From NCBI RefSeq assembly GCF_054482525.1, contig NZ_CM137006.1: 64,000 nucleotides of DNA. One strand, 5' to 3'. The notes below the pieces were generated by a model that worked only from the letters and a program-made list of their open reading frames with translations, searched no databases and was not told the origin of the DNA. Shown in pieces: positions 20,194 to 31,692 of this stretch. Position 1 is the stretch's first letter. The number at the start of each line of letters is the position of its first letter. The translations under genes were made by a program, and so were the position numbers.

Positions 20194-21516
20194 TTATTCG
20201 CTGATACGGCGATAGACAGTTGGTGTGCTTTCCGGTGCTTTATCGGCAAGTTTAATTGCCGCTTTCACCGCTTTCGCCGCTTCCTGCCAGCTGTTTTCGT
20301 CTTTCGCGTGGATAACCGCCAGTGGACGCTGACCGTCTACCTGGTCGCCCAAACGCGCCATATCAGTAAAGCCGACGCTGTAATCGATGGTGTCAGATGC
20401 CTGGCGGCGTCCGCCGCCCATTGCAACCACTGCCATCCCCAGCGCACGGGTATCCATTTCACTGACAAAACCTTCGGTATCAGCATAGACTGCTTTCGTC
20501 AGCATCGCTGTCGGCAGATACTTCGCGTAGTTCTCAACGAAGTCGGTTGGGCCTTTTTGTGCCGCTACCATACGACCAAAGACTTCTGCCGCTTTACCGT
20601 TGTCCAGCACCGCCTGCAATTTCGCGCGCGCTTCGGCGTCATCTTTCGCCAGTTTGCCGGAGATAAGCATCTCTACGCACAGCGCCATCGTGACATCAAA
20701 CAGACGCGGGTTACGATACTCACCCGTCAGGAACTGCACCGCTTCACGAACTTCAACCGCGTTACCTGCACTGGAGGCCAGTACCTGATTCATATCGGTG
20801 AGCAGCGCGGTGGTACGCACGCCCGCGCCGTTAGCTACGCCAACAATCGCTTCGGCAAGGGCTTCAGAAAGTTCGTAGGTCGGCATAAATGCACCGCTAC
20901 CCACTTTCACGTCCATCACCAGCGCATCCAGACCTTCCGCCAGTTTCTTCGCCAGGATCGAGGCAGTGATCAGCGGGATGGAGTCCACGGTTGCGGTAAT
21001 ATCACGGGTCGCGTAGAAACGTTTATCCGCCGGAGCCAGTGAGCTGGTCTGGCCGATAATCGCCACGCCGACGTCTTTAATAATTTCGCGGAAACGGTTG
21101 TCATCCGGGAAAATGTCGAAGCCAGGGATGGATTCCAGTTTGTCGAGCGTACCGCCAGTATGACCGAGGCCGCGACCGGAGATCATCGGAATATAGCCGC
21201 CGCAGGCTGCGACCATCGGCCCCAACATCAGCGAAGTCACATCGCCGACGCCGCCGGTCGAGTGTTTATCAACAATCGGGCCATTCAGATGCAGGCTTTT
21301 CCAGTCGAGAACGGTTCCTGAATCTCGCATCGCCATGGTCAGCGAGACACGCTCAGGCATTGTCATATCGTGGAAGAAAATGGTCATCGCGAGGGCGGCA
21401 ATCTGCCCTTCGGAGATAGTGTTGTCGCGAATACCGTTGATAAAGAAACGAATTTCTTCATCGCTCAGCGCATGACCATCACGTTTTTTACGAATAATTT
21501 CTTGTGCGAGAAACAA
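20194..21516 (-). CDS. deoA: thymidine phosphorylase DeoA (TTG start inferred)
   Basis: ORF 20194..21585; [41 protein letters not shown]...; GGAGG RBS before TTG at codon 24. Confidence 0.9.
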
Positions 21517-21593
21517 GGTAACCTCCCGTGGAAAAGAGACGAGGTAATCGGGGAACCGGATGAGCATCGCTGCGTCATCCGGCAAATCAAGCC

Positions 21594-22373
21594 TTAGTAG
21601 CTGCTGGCGCTCTTACCGTCGCCGTGGCCCAGAGCCTTCAGCAGGCTTGCCAGCAGGCTGGAAGCGCCAAAGCGGTAGTGACGCGCATCGGCCCAGTCAG
21701 CGCCGAACAGTTCATCGGCGATGGCGAGATATTTCTGCGCATCTTCCGCAGTACGCACGCCGCCCGCCGGTTTGAAACCAACGGTTTTTTCTACGCCCAT
21801 ATCACGGATCACTTCCATCATGATGCGCGCGCTTTCCGGCGTCGCGTTCACTGCCACTTTACCGGTAGAGGTTTTGATGAAGTCAGCACCCGCTTTGATG
21901 GAGATTTCAGACGCTTTACGGATCAGCGCTTCGTCTTTCAGTTCGCCGGTTTCGATGATCACTTTCAGCAGTACGTTAGCCGCAGCGCAAGCCTCTTTAC
22001 AGGCTTTCACCAGGTCAAAACCAACCTGCTCGTTACCCGCCATCAGCGCACGGTAAGGGAACACCACGTCAACTTCATCGGCACCGTAGGCGATTGCCGC
22101 ACGGGTTTCTGCCAGCGCGATTTCGATGTCGTCGTTACCGTGTGGGAAGTTGGTTACCGTAGCGATACGGATTTCCGGGGTACCCTGCTCTTTCAGCGTT
22201 TTGCGAGCAATTGGGATAAAGCGAGGATAGATACAGATAGCGGCGGTATTGCCGACCGGAGTTTTGGCCTGATGACACAGAGCAATTACTTTCTCGTCGG
22301 TGTCGTCGTCATTCAGGGTGGTCAGGTCCATCAATTTCAGTGCACGCAGGCTGCTTGCTTTCAGATCAGTCAT
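21594..22373 (-). CDS. deoC: deoxyribose-phosphate aldolase DeoC
   Basis: ORF 21594..22397; [39 protein letters not shown] start at codon 9; AGGAGA RBS. Confidence 0.93.
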
Positions 22374-22416
22374 TTCATTCTCCTGGCTTGTCGCCAATAA
22401 AATTCACCTTGCGAGT

Positions 22417-22433
22417 TTGTTAGTATTCTAACA
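22417..22433. promoter_or_regulatory. DeoR operator O2 (TGTTAGTATTCTAACA) at deoP2; approximate
   Basis: 16-bp near-perfect palindrome ~45 bp upstream of deoC start; matches DeoR consensus TGTTAGAA-TTCTAACA. Confidence 0.7.
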
Positions 22434-22630
22434 TCTACTCCGCAACACACTTCGATATACATCACAATTAAGGAAATCTACTTACAAGTTTGCATCACTG
22501 TAATGCGATCTGGTTCAAATAATTCACTTTCAAATGAATGCGTCAGTGGTGGCAAACGCATCAGGATCAAAGTGAACATCACGAAACTTCTTACAATGGC
22601 GCATCACCTTCGGCATAAAAGGAAAAGAAG

Positions 22631-24181
22631 ATGCCCACTTCTCATGAAAATGCACTGCAACAACGTTGCCAGCAAATTGTCACCAGCCCGGTACTTAGCC
22701 CGGAGCAGAAGCGCCATTTTCTGGCACTGGAAGCAGAAAACAATCTGCCTTATCCGCAGCTTCCTGCCGAAGCCCGCCGCGCGCTGGATGAGGGTGTAAT
22801 CTGCGATATGTTTGAAGGTCATGCGCCGTACAAACCGCGCTATGTCTTACCCGATTACGCCCGTTTTCTGGCGAACGGTTCCGAATGGCTGGAGCTGGAA
22901 GGCGCGAAAGATCTTGATGATGCACTCTCTCTGCTGACCATTCTTTACCACCACGTACCGTCGGTCACATCGATGCCGGTCTACCTGGGGCAACTGGATG
23001 CGTTGTTGCAACCATATGTTAGAATTCTAACACAAGACGAGATCGATATTCGAATAAAACGTTTCTGGCGTTACCTCGACAGAACCCTGCCAGACGCCTT
23101 TATGCACGCCAATATCGGCCCGTCTGATTCGCCCATCACCCGTGCAATCTTACGTGCAGATGCAGAGCTGAAGCAGGTTTCACCGAACCTGACCTTTATC
23201 TACGATCCTGAAATCACCCCTGATGACCTGCTGCTGGAAGTGGCGAAGAACATCTGTGAATGTAGCAAACCGCACATCGCCAACGGTCCGGTGCATGATA
23301 AAATTTTCACAAAAGGGGGCTACGGGATTGTGAGCTGTTACAACTCACTGCCGCTGGCGGGTGGTGGCAGCACGCTGGTACGCCTTAACCTGAAAGCCAT
23401 TGCCGAGCGCAGCGAATCGCTGGATGACTTCTTTGCGCGCACTCTACCGCACTACTGCCAGCAGCAGATCGCCATCATCGATGCGCGGTGTGAATTCCTC
23501 TATCAACAATCACACTTCTTTGAGAATAGCTTCCTGGTGAAAGAAGGGCTGATTAACCCTGAACGTTTTGTGCCAATGTTTGGCATGTATGGGCTGGCGG
23601 AAGCGGTTAACTTGCTGTGTGAGAAAGAAGGGATTGCCGCGCGCTACGGTAAAGAAGCCGCCGCAAATGAAGTGGGTTATCGCATCAGCGCGCAACTGGC
23701 GGAGTTTGTCGCCAATACCCCCGTGAAATATGGCTGGCAAAAACGCGCCATGTTACACGCACAGTCGGGGATAAGTTCCGATATCGGCACCACGCCGGGC
23801 GCACGTTTGCCGTATGGCGATGAGCCAGATCCGATCACCCATCTGCAAACTGTCGCCCCGCATCATGCTTATTATTATTCCGGCATCAGCGACATTCTGA
23901 CGCTCGACGAAACCATCAAACGTAATCCGCAGGCGCTGGTACAGCTTTGCCTCGGTGCCTTTAAAGCCGGAATGCGTGAATTTACCGCCAATGTCAGCGG
24001 TAACGATCTGGTTCGCGTTACTGGTTATATGGTGCGTTTGTCGGATTTAGAAAAATATCGCGCCGAAGGTTCACGTACCAACACCACCTGGCTGGGCGAA
24101 GAAGCAGCACGCAACACTCGTATTCTGGAACGCCAGCCGCGCGTGATAAGCCATGAACAGCAGATGCGCTTTAGTCAGTAA
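22631..24181 (+). CDS. yjjI: YjjI, glycine-radical-enzyme-like protein of unknown function
   Basis: 516 aa [47 protein letters not shown]... Confidence 0.85.
   Translation: MPTSHENALQQRCQQIVTSPVLSPEQKRHFLALEAENNLPYPQLPAEARRALDEGVICDMFEGHAPYKPRYVLPDYARFLANGSEWLELEGAKDLDDALSLLTILYHHVPSVTSMPVYLGQLDALLQPYVRILTQDEIDIRIKRFWRYLDRTLPDAFMHANIGPSDSPITRAILRADAELKQVSPNLTFIYDPEITPDDLLLEVAKNICECSKPHIANGPVHDKIFTKGGYGIVSCYNSLPLAGGGSTLVRLNLKAIAERSESLDDFFARTLPHYCQQQIAIIDARCEFLYQQSHFFENSFLVKEGLINPERFVPMFGMYGLAEAVNLLCEKEGIAARYGKEAAANEVGYRISAQLAEFVANTPVKYGWQKRAMLHAQSGISSDIGTTPGARLPYGDEPDPITHLQTVAPHHAYYYSGISDILTLDETIKRNPQALVQLCLGAFKAGMREFTANVSGNDLVRVTGYMVRLSDLEKYRAEGSRTNTTWLGEEAARNTRILERQPRVISHEQQMRFSQ
23017..23032. 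promoter_or_regulatory. DeoR operator O1 (perfect TGTTAGAATTCTAACA) at deoP1, inside the yjjI coding sequence
   Basis: perfect 16-bp palindrome exactly 600 bp upstream of O2; spans yjjI codons 129-134 (YVRILT). Confidence 0.7.
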
Positions 24182-25016
24182 GATTATCCCCTTCTCCTGC
24201 GTTGACGGGCCAGGCAGTCGTCTGGCTCTGTTTTTGCAGGGCTGCAATCTGCGCTGCAAAAACTGTCACAATCCGTGGACGATGGGACGCTGCAATGACT
24301 GCGGGGAGTGCGTGCCACAGTGTCCGCATCAGGCGTTGCAGATTGTTGACGGCAAAGTGGTGTGGAACGCTGTGGTCTGCGAGCAGTGTGATACCTGCCT
24401 GAAGATGTGTCCGCAACATGCCACGCCAATGGCGCAATCCATGAACGTGGACGAGGTGCTTAGTCACGTTCGCAAAGCGGTGCTGTTTATCGAAGGGATA
24501 ACGGTGAGCGGCGGCGAAGCCACGACCCAGCTGCCGTTTGTGATGGCGCTGTTTACTGCCATCAAAAACGATCCGCAATTGTGCCATCTCACCTGTCTGG
24601 TGGACAGTAACGGTATGTTGAGCGAAACCGGCTGGGAAAAATTGCTCCCGGTGTGCGACGGCGCAATGCTCGATCTCAAAGCGTGGGGGAGCGAATGTCA
24701 TCAGCAATTAACCGGACGCGATAATCAGCAGATTAAGCGCAGCATCTGTTTGCTGGCAGAGCGCGGTAAGCTGGCGGAACTGCGTTTGCTGGTAATCCCT
24801 GGCCAGGTGGATTATTTGCAACACATCGAAGAACTGGCGGCGTTTATCAAGGGAGTCGGCGATGTTCCGGTACGCCTGAACGCGTTTCATGCCCACGGCG
24901 TGTATGGCGAGGCGCAAAGCTGGGCGAGCGCCACGCCGGAAGACGTTGAGCCGTTGGCTGATGCGTTACGGGAGCGCGGGGTGAGCCGCTTAATATTCCC
25001 GGCGCTGTATTTGTGA
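24153..25016 (+). CDS. yjjW: YjjW, radical SAM glycyl-radical-enzyme activating protein with extra Cys-rich (ferredoxin-like) region
   Basis: 287 aa ORF; CxxxCxxC-type motif [13 protein letters not shown], second Cys cluster [15 protein letters not shown]...[12 protein letters not shown]; overlaps yjjI 3' end. Confidence 0.8.
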   Translation: MNSRCALVSKIIPFSCVDGPGSRLALFLQGCNLRCKNCHNPWTMGRCNDCGECVPQCPHQALQIVDGKVVWNAVVCEQCDTCLKMCPQHATPMAQSMNVDEVLSHVRKAVLFIEGITVSGGEATTQLPFVMALFTAIKNDPQLCHLTCLVDSNGMLSETGWEKLLPVCDGAMLDLKAWGSECHQQLTGRDNQQIKRSICLLAERGKLAELRLLVIPGQVDYLQHIEELAAFIKGVGDVPVRLNAFHAHGVYGEAQSWASATPEDVEPLADALRERGVSRLIFPALYL

Positions 25017-25132
25017 CATGCCGGATACGGCCTATGGTTCGGCACAGACTTGTAGGTCTGATAAGACGCGTCAAGCGTCGCATCAGACATTGTGCGCCAA
25101 CTGCCGGATGCGGCGTGAACGCCTTGTCCGGC
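25017..25132. repeat. REP/BIME repetitive extragenic palindromes between convergent yjjW and yjjV; approximate
   Basis: gccggatacggcc..., taggtctgataagacgcgtcaagcgtcgcatcagaca, gccggatgcggcgtgaacgccttgtccggcctac. Confidence 0.8.
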
Positions 25133-25912
25133 CTACGGCACGTTAAACAACGTATATGTATTATTTAGCAACGCTTGCGCAATCTCATCCGCTGGTTCCG
25201 GACGCAACTCGCAAAGCACGTCAAACACCCGCGCGGCCTGTTCCGGGCGGTTAGGCTGCCCCTGAAAACCGTTGAGCGGCATATCCGGCGCGTCGGTTTC
25301 CAGCAACAACGATGCCAGCGGTAATTTTGCGATGACATCGCGGGTTTTACTGGCGCGTGGATAGGTGATAGTACCGCCTACGCCGATTTTGTAGCCCAGC
25401 TGTACAAACCGTTCGGCCTGTTGCAGGCTGCCGGAAAAACCATGAACCACGCCAGAGCGCGGCAAATCGTGGAGTTTAAGATGCATCGCGAGTTTGTCGT
25501 GCGTGCGTCGTGAATGCAGGATCACCGGCAGATCGTAGCGTTTCGCCAGTTTCAGTTGTTCGTCGAGTAACCACTGCTGCCTCTCAAATTGCGGATCGTC
25601 GCCGAAGAGATCCAGACCGATCTCCCCCACCGCCACCACCTTCGCCGGACGCCTTTCCAGCGCCTGCTGTAGCTGATCAAGAGACACATCGCTATGTTTT
25701 TCCAACATACCAGGATGCAAGCCCAATGCGGCATACAGCGGTTGATATTTTTCCGCTAACGCCTGCACGCGGGCAAAATTTTCCGCCTCGGTTGCCGGAA
25801 CAATGATCTTGCCTACGCCCGCTTGTGCCGCGCGTTGCAGGCTGGCCTCTTCATCGCCACTAAACGGCGGGAAATCAAAATGGCAGTGGGTGTCGATAAA
25901 ACAGCAAATCAA
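25133..25912 (-). CDS. yjjV: TatD-family metal-dependent hydrolase/DNase YjjV
   Basis: 259 aa ORF MICCFIDTHCHFDFPPF...; TatD HxH motif. Confidence 0.88.
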   Translation of the reverse strand: MICCFIDTHCHFDFPPFSGDEEASLQRAAQAGVGKIIVPATEAENFARVQALAEKYQPLYAALGLHPGMLEKHSDVSLDQLQQALERRPAKVVAVGEIGLDLFGDDPQFERQQWLLDEQLKLAKRYDLPVILHSRRTHDKLAMHLKLHDLPRSGVVHGFSGSLQQAERFVQLGYKIGVGGTITYPRASKTRDVIAKLPLASLLLETDAPDMPLNGFQGQPNRPEQAARVFDVLCELRPEPADEIAQALLNNTYTLFNVP

Positions 25913-26982
25913 GCCAGATCCTCATTGTTAAATGTCGGGTCGTTCGCCTGCGGAGCATCGCTCACTTCGGCAACCAGCGTATCGTTGGCGACTGGCGCAG
26001 GCGGAATGACAATCGATTCCGGCGTCACCACTGGCACCAGATGGCGGGTTAGCGGCGCTTTTTCAGTTAATAGCTTGCCAACCGTTGCCAGGAAATAACG
26101 ACCGCATAAACGCCCAAGTTTATAGTCTTCACGCAGCGCCGGAATCCGACTGCCAAGCGCGATACTATGCAATGGCTTCGGCGGATAAATTTCGAATATC
26201 CGCAGTTTGCCCGGTGGTTTCTCAATAAATTGCTGAATGTCACGATAGCTGGTTTCATGATGCTGCACCAGATTGACCAGCGGCTGCAGGCTACTGTCAC
26301 CCAGCCAGCGTTCCATGCGTTTGAACCACTGCGGCGTGTAGTACATTTGCGACGGCACGGTGCGGATGACGACCAACGTTTTAGCGCCCTGCCTTGCCGC
26401 CTCTTTAACCGGAATCGCATCACTGATCCCGCCATCCAGGTAGTTAATGCCTTCCAGCGACACTCCGCTACGATAAAAGCCAGGTATCGCACTGGAGGCG
26501 CGAATCACATCCAGCCAGTTTTGTTTGGTTGGTAAAAAGTAATTCGGCGCGTAGTCATCCTGACGACAGGCGCACATATAAAACGATTTGCCGCTGTCAA
26601 ACAACCGCGCGGCGGTGTCCATTTGCAACGGCATCTGGCTTGCGGTGGCCTCCACCAGCCAGTCGAGATCGATAAGATTTCCTCCACGGACAAAGCGCAA
26701 TGGATCGAAAAATTCGCGTTTTGTGGTATAGCGCATGATGACTTTGCGCGCGTAACCGGGCTGATTGCAGATATACGCCGAGAGGTTCTGCGCCCCGGCA
26801 GATGTGCCAAGATAAAGATCGAAAGGATTAAACTGCGCGCGCATAAACTCATCCAGCACGCCAGCCGTGAAAATTCCACGCTGTCCGCCGCCTTCGCACA
26901 CCAGAGCTATTCGTCCAGGCTGGAACGGCCTTAGCGACAACGGCGCAATATTACCAAGCGTTACAGGTATTCGCTGCCCCAC
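25909..26982 (-). CDS. yjjU: patatin-like phospholipase YjjU (GTG start inferred; ORF extends to 27018)
   Basis: RIALVCEGGGQRGIFTAGVLDEF...GTSAGA patatin motifs GGGxRG and GxSxG. Confidence 0.85.
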   Translation of the reverse strand: MGQRIPVTLGNIAPLSLRPFQPGRIALVCEGGGQRGIFTAGVLDEFMRAQFNPFDLYLGTSAGAQNLSAYICNQPGYARKVIMRYTTKREFFDPLRFVRGGNLIDLDWLVEATASQMPLQMDTAARLFDSGKSFYMCACRQDDYAPNYFLPTKQNWLDVIRASSAIPGFYRSGVSLEGINYLDGGISDAIPVKEAARQGAKTLVVIRTVPSQMYYTPQWFKRMERWLGDSSLQPLVNLVQHHETSYRDIQQFIEKPPGKLRIFEIYPPKPLHSIALGSRIPALREDYKLGRLCGRYFLATVGKLLTEKAPLTRHLVPVVTPESIVIPPAPVANDTLVAEVSDAPQANDPTFNNEDLA

Positions 26983-27103
26983 CTCTGCCTTCCTGTTTTT
27001 GTTGTGAAAGAATGACAAAGTAACGCAATTTATTATTCGCTAAAACCGCAAAAGCCAGTCCGCTGGACTGGCTTTGGATAAAATTTTCTTAATGGTCTGA
27101 AAT

Positions 27104-27265
27104 CTAGGGTCGTTTTCGGCCCATGAACAAACTCACCAGGAACAGAATAATCCCGACGACAAAGACAATTTTAGCTGCGCCTGCAGCGGTACCGGCCAGA
27201 CCACCAAACCCAAGTGCGGCGGCGATTAACGCGATAACCAGAAATATGATGCCCCAACGAAACAT
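27104..27265 (-). CDS. ytjA: small membrane protein YtjA (DUF1328)
   Basis: ORF 27104..27295; [53 protein letters not shown] from codon 11. Confidence 0.75.
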
Positions 27266-27391
27266 AAGCGTCTCCTTTACCATAGTTAATGTCACCGCTT
27301 GATATGAGCGTGAAAATCACTCAATGCGATATTTTTAGTGTGGTGCACATCGCGCCTCCCGACAAAGTTCGGGAGGACGAATTACGACGAA

Positions 27392-27997
27392 TTACTTAGT
27401 TTTCAGATCATTTTTAACGCTTTTCACACCATCTACCGCTTTGGCGATACTTTCAGCACGGTCGCTCTGTGCCTGGGAATCGACGGTACCGGAGAGCTGA
27501 ACCACGCCGTCGGTGGTTTCAACTTTCACATGACGGGAAGGGACGATATCGTCCGCCAGCAGTTTGGCTTTGATTTCACTGGTGGTGGCGGTGTCACCCG
27601 CGTAGCCCTTCACAGAGCCTTCTTTAGCGTCGCGAACGTGCAGTTTGTCGCTGACAGAGGTCACGCCTTCAACGCCTTTGGCCACTTTCACTGCCTCTTC
27701 GGCCTGGGCCTGGCTTTCAACGAAACCGCTCAGGGTCACGACTTTTTGATCGGTTTTGACAGAGATATCGGTGCTCTTGATGTTGTCATGATCCACCAGC
27801 GCCGCCTTCACTTTCGCGGTGATGGCGCTGTCATCCATGAAATTACCGACTTTATTCATAGAGCTATCGACTTTTTGCCCTGCGCTTTCATTGGTAGTCT
27901 GCGCGTTGTTTTCCGCGTAGGCAGAGCCGGTCGCGACGGCAGAGGTCAACATTACAGCCAGCAGAGTTTTCGAAATCTTCAGTCTTGTCATAGTCAT
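27392..27997 (-). CDS. osmY: osmotically inducible periplasmic protein OsmY (two BON domains)
   Basis: ORF 27392..28075; [28 protein letters not shown] signal peptide from codon 27. Confidence 0.92.
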
Positions 27998-28389
27998 CGA
28001 TTTATTCCTGTATGTTTGCTCGTAATTTGAGCCTGGCAACACGAGGTTGCATTGCTGAATAGGGAGAGACTTCACCCTCTACAGAAGTCAATGGCCGCCA
28101 TCACAAAAGCGATGGGTGATGAATAACGACCATTACAGCCTCTGAATCAGTTATTAATATCGGTAGAATGACAATCGACGGCTTTAGATACTAATATCTA
28201 CGCATTGAACGGTATTTAATGCCGTCAGAAATGTCATTACTTTGTTAAATATAGATCACAATTTTGAAACCGCTCGGGATATCAGCGAAAACATAAGCAA
28301 AAGTGAATGTTTTAAGAACATTCCGTAAGCGGCTAATAAGGAAGGGAAATTGACAGGGCGCAGCGGCTACCGCGCCCTGGAGGCAAGAA

Positions 28390-29979
28390 TTAATGCTCGC
28401 GGGTCTGGTGGAACTGAACGTCCGGATAACGTTCCTGCGCCAGACGCAGGTTGACCATGCTGGTAGCGATGTAAGCGAGGTTATCGCCGCCATCAAGCGC
28501 CAGTTGACTTTCGTTCTTACGCTTGAACTCTTCGAATTTCTTCGCGTCCGCACATTCTACCCAGCGTGCAGTGGCAACGTTGACTGACTCATACACTGCT
28601 TCAACGTTGTATTCGCTCTTCAGGCGCGCTACCACCACATCAAACTGCAGCACACCAACTGCACCAACGATCAGATCGTTGTTGGAGATCGGACGGAACA
28701 CCTGCACCGCGCCCTCTTCGGAAAGCTGTACCAGCCCTTTGAGTAGCTGTTTTTGCTTCAGCGGATCTTTCAGGCGGATACGACGGAACAGTTCTGGTGC
28801 GAAGTTCGGAATACCGGTGAACTTCATCATCTCACCCTGGGTAAAGGTGTCGCCGATCTGAATGGTGCCGTGGTTGTGCAGGCCGAGGATATCGCCAGGA
28901 TACGCTTCTTCAACGTGCGAACGGTCACCCGCCATAAAGGTCAGCGCGTCGGAGATCACCACATCTTTCGCAGTACGCACCTGGCGCAGCTTCATGCCTT
29001 TTTCATATTTACCGGACACCACACGCATAAACGCCACGCGGTCGCGGTGTTTCGGGTCCATGTTGGCCTGAATTTTAAATACGAAGCCGGTAAATTTGTC
29101 TTCGCTCGCCTCTACGGTACGGGTATCAGTCTGACGCGGCATCGGCGCAGGGGCCCACTCCACCAGGCCATCCAGCATATGATCAACGCCGAAGTTACCC
29201 AGCGCAGTACCGAAGAATACCGGAGTGATTTCGCCCGCAAGGAACAGCTCTTTGTCGAACTCGTTAGACGCGCCTTTCACCAGCTCCAGTTCATCACGCA
29301 GCTGCTGCGCCAGATCTTCACCAACCGCAGCGTCGAGATCCGGGTTATTCAACCCTTTAACAATGCGGACTTCCTGAATGGTGTGGCCTTTACCGCTCTG
29401 ATAAAGATAGGTTTCGTCTTTATAAAGGTGGTAAACGCCTTTAAACAGCTTGCCGCAGCCAATCGGCCAGGTGATCGGTGCGCAGCCGATTTTCAGCTCG
29501 TTTTCAACTTCATCGAGCAGTTCCATCGGGTCGCGGATATCACGGTCAAGTTTGTTCATAAAGGTGAGGATCGGCGTGTCGCGCAGACGGGTAACTTCCA
29601 TCAGCTTACGGGTACGATCTTCAACACCTTTTGCGGCGTCGATAACCATCAGGCAGCAGTCCACCGCCGTCAGGGTACGATAGGTATCTTCCGAGAAGTC
29701 TTCGTGCCCCGGGGTGTCTAGCAGGTTAACCAGGCAATCGTGATACGGAAACTGCATCACAGAAGTAGTAATGGAGATCCCACGCTGCTTTTCCATCTCC
29801 ATCCAGTCCGACTTAGCGTGCTGGTTGGAACCACGGCCTTTTACTGTACCGGCGGTCTGAATGGCCTGTCCGAACAGCAGCACCTTCTCGGTGATGGTAG
29901 TCTTACCGGCGTCCGGGTGAGAAATAATGGCAAAAGTGCGGCGCTTCGCCACCTCTTGCAAATAAGGAGACAACGTCAT
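28390..29979 (-). CDS. prfC: peptide chain release factor 3 (RF3, translational GTPase)
   Basis: ORF 28390..30006; [41 protein letters not shown] from codon 10. Confidence 0.93.
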
Positions 29980-30069
29980 AATTCTTTCTTCTTGAGTAAG
30001 CGGCATCGCGCCGCGCTTGTTGAAAACGAAAAATTGCGGCTATTTTACCCATCAACGGGGGGGAGGCAA

Positions 30070-30747
30070 TCAGTGTTTACACAGGAGCTGCTCCAGTTCG
30101 TGCAACGAAGAAACGGTCCAGGTAGGCGCGATGCCTTCTGGTTGCTCGCGATTGTGCGCATTCAGCCAGCAGGTCGCAAGCCCGGCGTTGATGCCACCGA
30201 GAATATCGGACTCGGCAGTGTCGCCAACCATCAGCACGCGTGAACGGTCAGGATTGCCCGCCTGTTCCAGCGCATAATCGAAAATTTTCTTATTCGGTTT
30301 GGCAACGCCAACTTCTTCGGAAATCACCAGCAAATCGAAATAATCACGCAGGCCCGTGCGTTCCAGACGCACTTGCTGCAAGGCGCTAAAGCCGTTGGTG
30401 ATGATGCCGATTTTGGCGTTGCCACGAATGGCGTTAAGCAGAGAAACCGCGCCCGGCAGCGGCGTACAGATTTCCGCCATCGCATTAATAAAGGCTTCGT
30501 TGAGTTTACCCGGCTCGACGTTCAGCCGTTCGGCCCAGCTCTCAAACCGCCCGTGCTGAAGCTGTAATGAAGTGATCGCGCCGTTTTGATAATCCACCCA
30601 CAGTGGCTTGTTAACGGCCTGATAGTCCTGAAAATCTTCAGCGGTAAAGGTGACGCTGTAATCAAGAAACATCCGCTGCAGGCCGGTGAATGAGTCAAAG
30701 GTAAACAGCGTTTCATCGGCATCAAAGAAAATCCAGTCCCACTTCAT
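30070..30747 (-). CDS. yjjG: pyrimidine 5'-nucleotidase YjjG (HAD family)
   Basis: 225 aa [23 protein letters not shown]... HAD motif I DxDET. Confidence 0.88.
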   Translation of the reverse strand: MKWDWIFFDADETLFTFDSFTGLQRMFLDYSVTFTAEDFQDYQAVNKPLWVDYQNGAITSLQLQHGRFESWAERLNVEPGKLNEAFINAMAEICTPLPGAVSLLNAIRGNAKIGIITNGFSALQQVRLERTGLRDYFDLLVISEEVGVAKPNKKIFDYALEQAGNPDRSRVLMVGDTAESDILGGINAGLATCWLNAHNREQPEGIAPTWTVSSLHELEQLLCKH

Positions 30748-30761
30748 TATTCCACCTTGTC

Positions 30762-31208
30762 TTACATACTGATTGGCAACGCCATGATGATGGCGTCTTC
30801 GCGACCGTCCGTGGTGGGGTAGTAATTGCGGCGAATCGTCGCCTCGTTAAAGCCTAAACTTTCGTACAGGGCAATGGCGGCAGCGTTTGAGGCACGGACT
30901 TCCAGCCATAGCGTCGCCACGCCGCGTTTTTCCAGTTCGTCGATCAGATGTTCCAGCAGCGCCCTTCCCAATCCCTGACGCTGATAGTCAGGATCGACCG
31001 CAATATTGAACAATGTAGCTTCATCCAGCACCACTTGCGTAATCGCAAACGCCGCCATTTTGCCGTTTTGCGTTAACTGAAAGTTGAGATAACGCTCGCC
31101 CTGGTTGCTGGCAAAGGTTTTTTCACTCCACGGAAAGGCGTGGGCGCGTTGTTCAATGTGGTAAGCCGCTGGTAAATCAGTCGTTTCGAGGGAAGAAATC
31201 GTGTTCAT
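30762..31208 (-). CDS. rimI: ribosomal protein S18 alanine N-acetyltransferase RimI
   Basis: 148 aa [39 protein letters not shown]...[12 protein letters not shown]. Confidence 0.9.
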   Translation of the reverse strand: MNTISSLETTDLPAAYHIEQRAHAFPWSEKTFASNQGERYLNFQLTQNGKMAAFAITQVVLDEATLFNIAVDPDYQRQGLGRALLEHLIDELEKRGVATLWLEVRASNAAAIALYESLGFNEATIRRNYYPTTDGREDAIIMALPISM

Positions 31209-31590
31209 ATGTGCAAATTTGTTGCCATAACGCGGCGCGTGCCGTTGGGTTTGCCCGTAATTCGGTGAGCGCCGGTGATGCCACCTGAGCGCCTTCCAGT
31301 GATAGCGGTTCGTCAGTACCCAACCGCCAGCTGTTGCAGCGACTGCCTTGCGGCAGCATCGCGATTTTTTCTGGCGTCAGTTGCAGCACTTGATCGGGGC
31401 TGACGGTTAATGCGCGCAGAACATCGCTCACTAAAGGATCAGTCAGGGCGGGAAGATCGTTTGCCACCATCACCAGACGGACGTGTGCCGGGATCGCAAT
31501 GGCAATCTCCCCCTGCAACGCGCCAGGGCGACGCAGCGACCACTGGGTAATGCCCAGTTGCTGTAACTGCCAGTCTCGTCGGGATGTCAT
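31177..31590 (-). CDS. holD: DNA polymerase III psi subunit HolD
   Basis: 137 aa ORF MTSRRDWQLQQLGITQWSLRRPGALQGEIAIAIP...; 3' end overlaps rimI start by ~32 bp. Confidence 0.9.
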   Translation of the reverse strand: MTSRRDWQLQQLGITQWSLRRPGALQGEIAIAIPAHVRLVMVANDLPALTDPLVSDVLRALTVSPDQVLQLTPEKIAMLPQGSRCNSWRLGTDEPLSLEGAQVASPALTELRANPTARAALWQQICTYEHDFFPRND

Positions 31591-31692
31591 AGCGAATCGC
31601 TCCTGTTGTCAGGGGCGCAAATATAGCAAATTCGTCGATACCGCGCCAACATATGGCTATAATCGCCGCCAGTATCAATTGAGGAGCATTCC

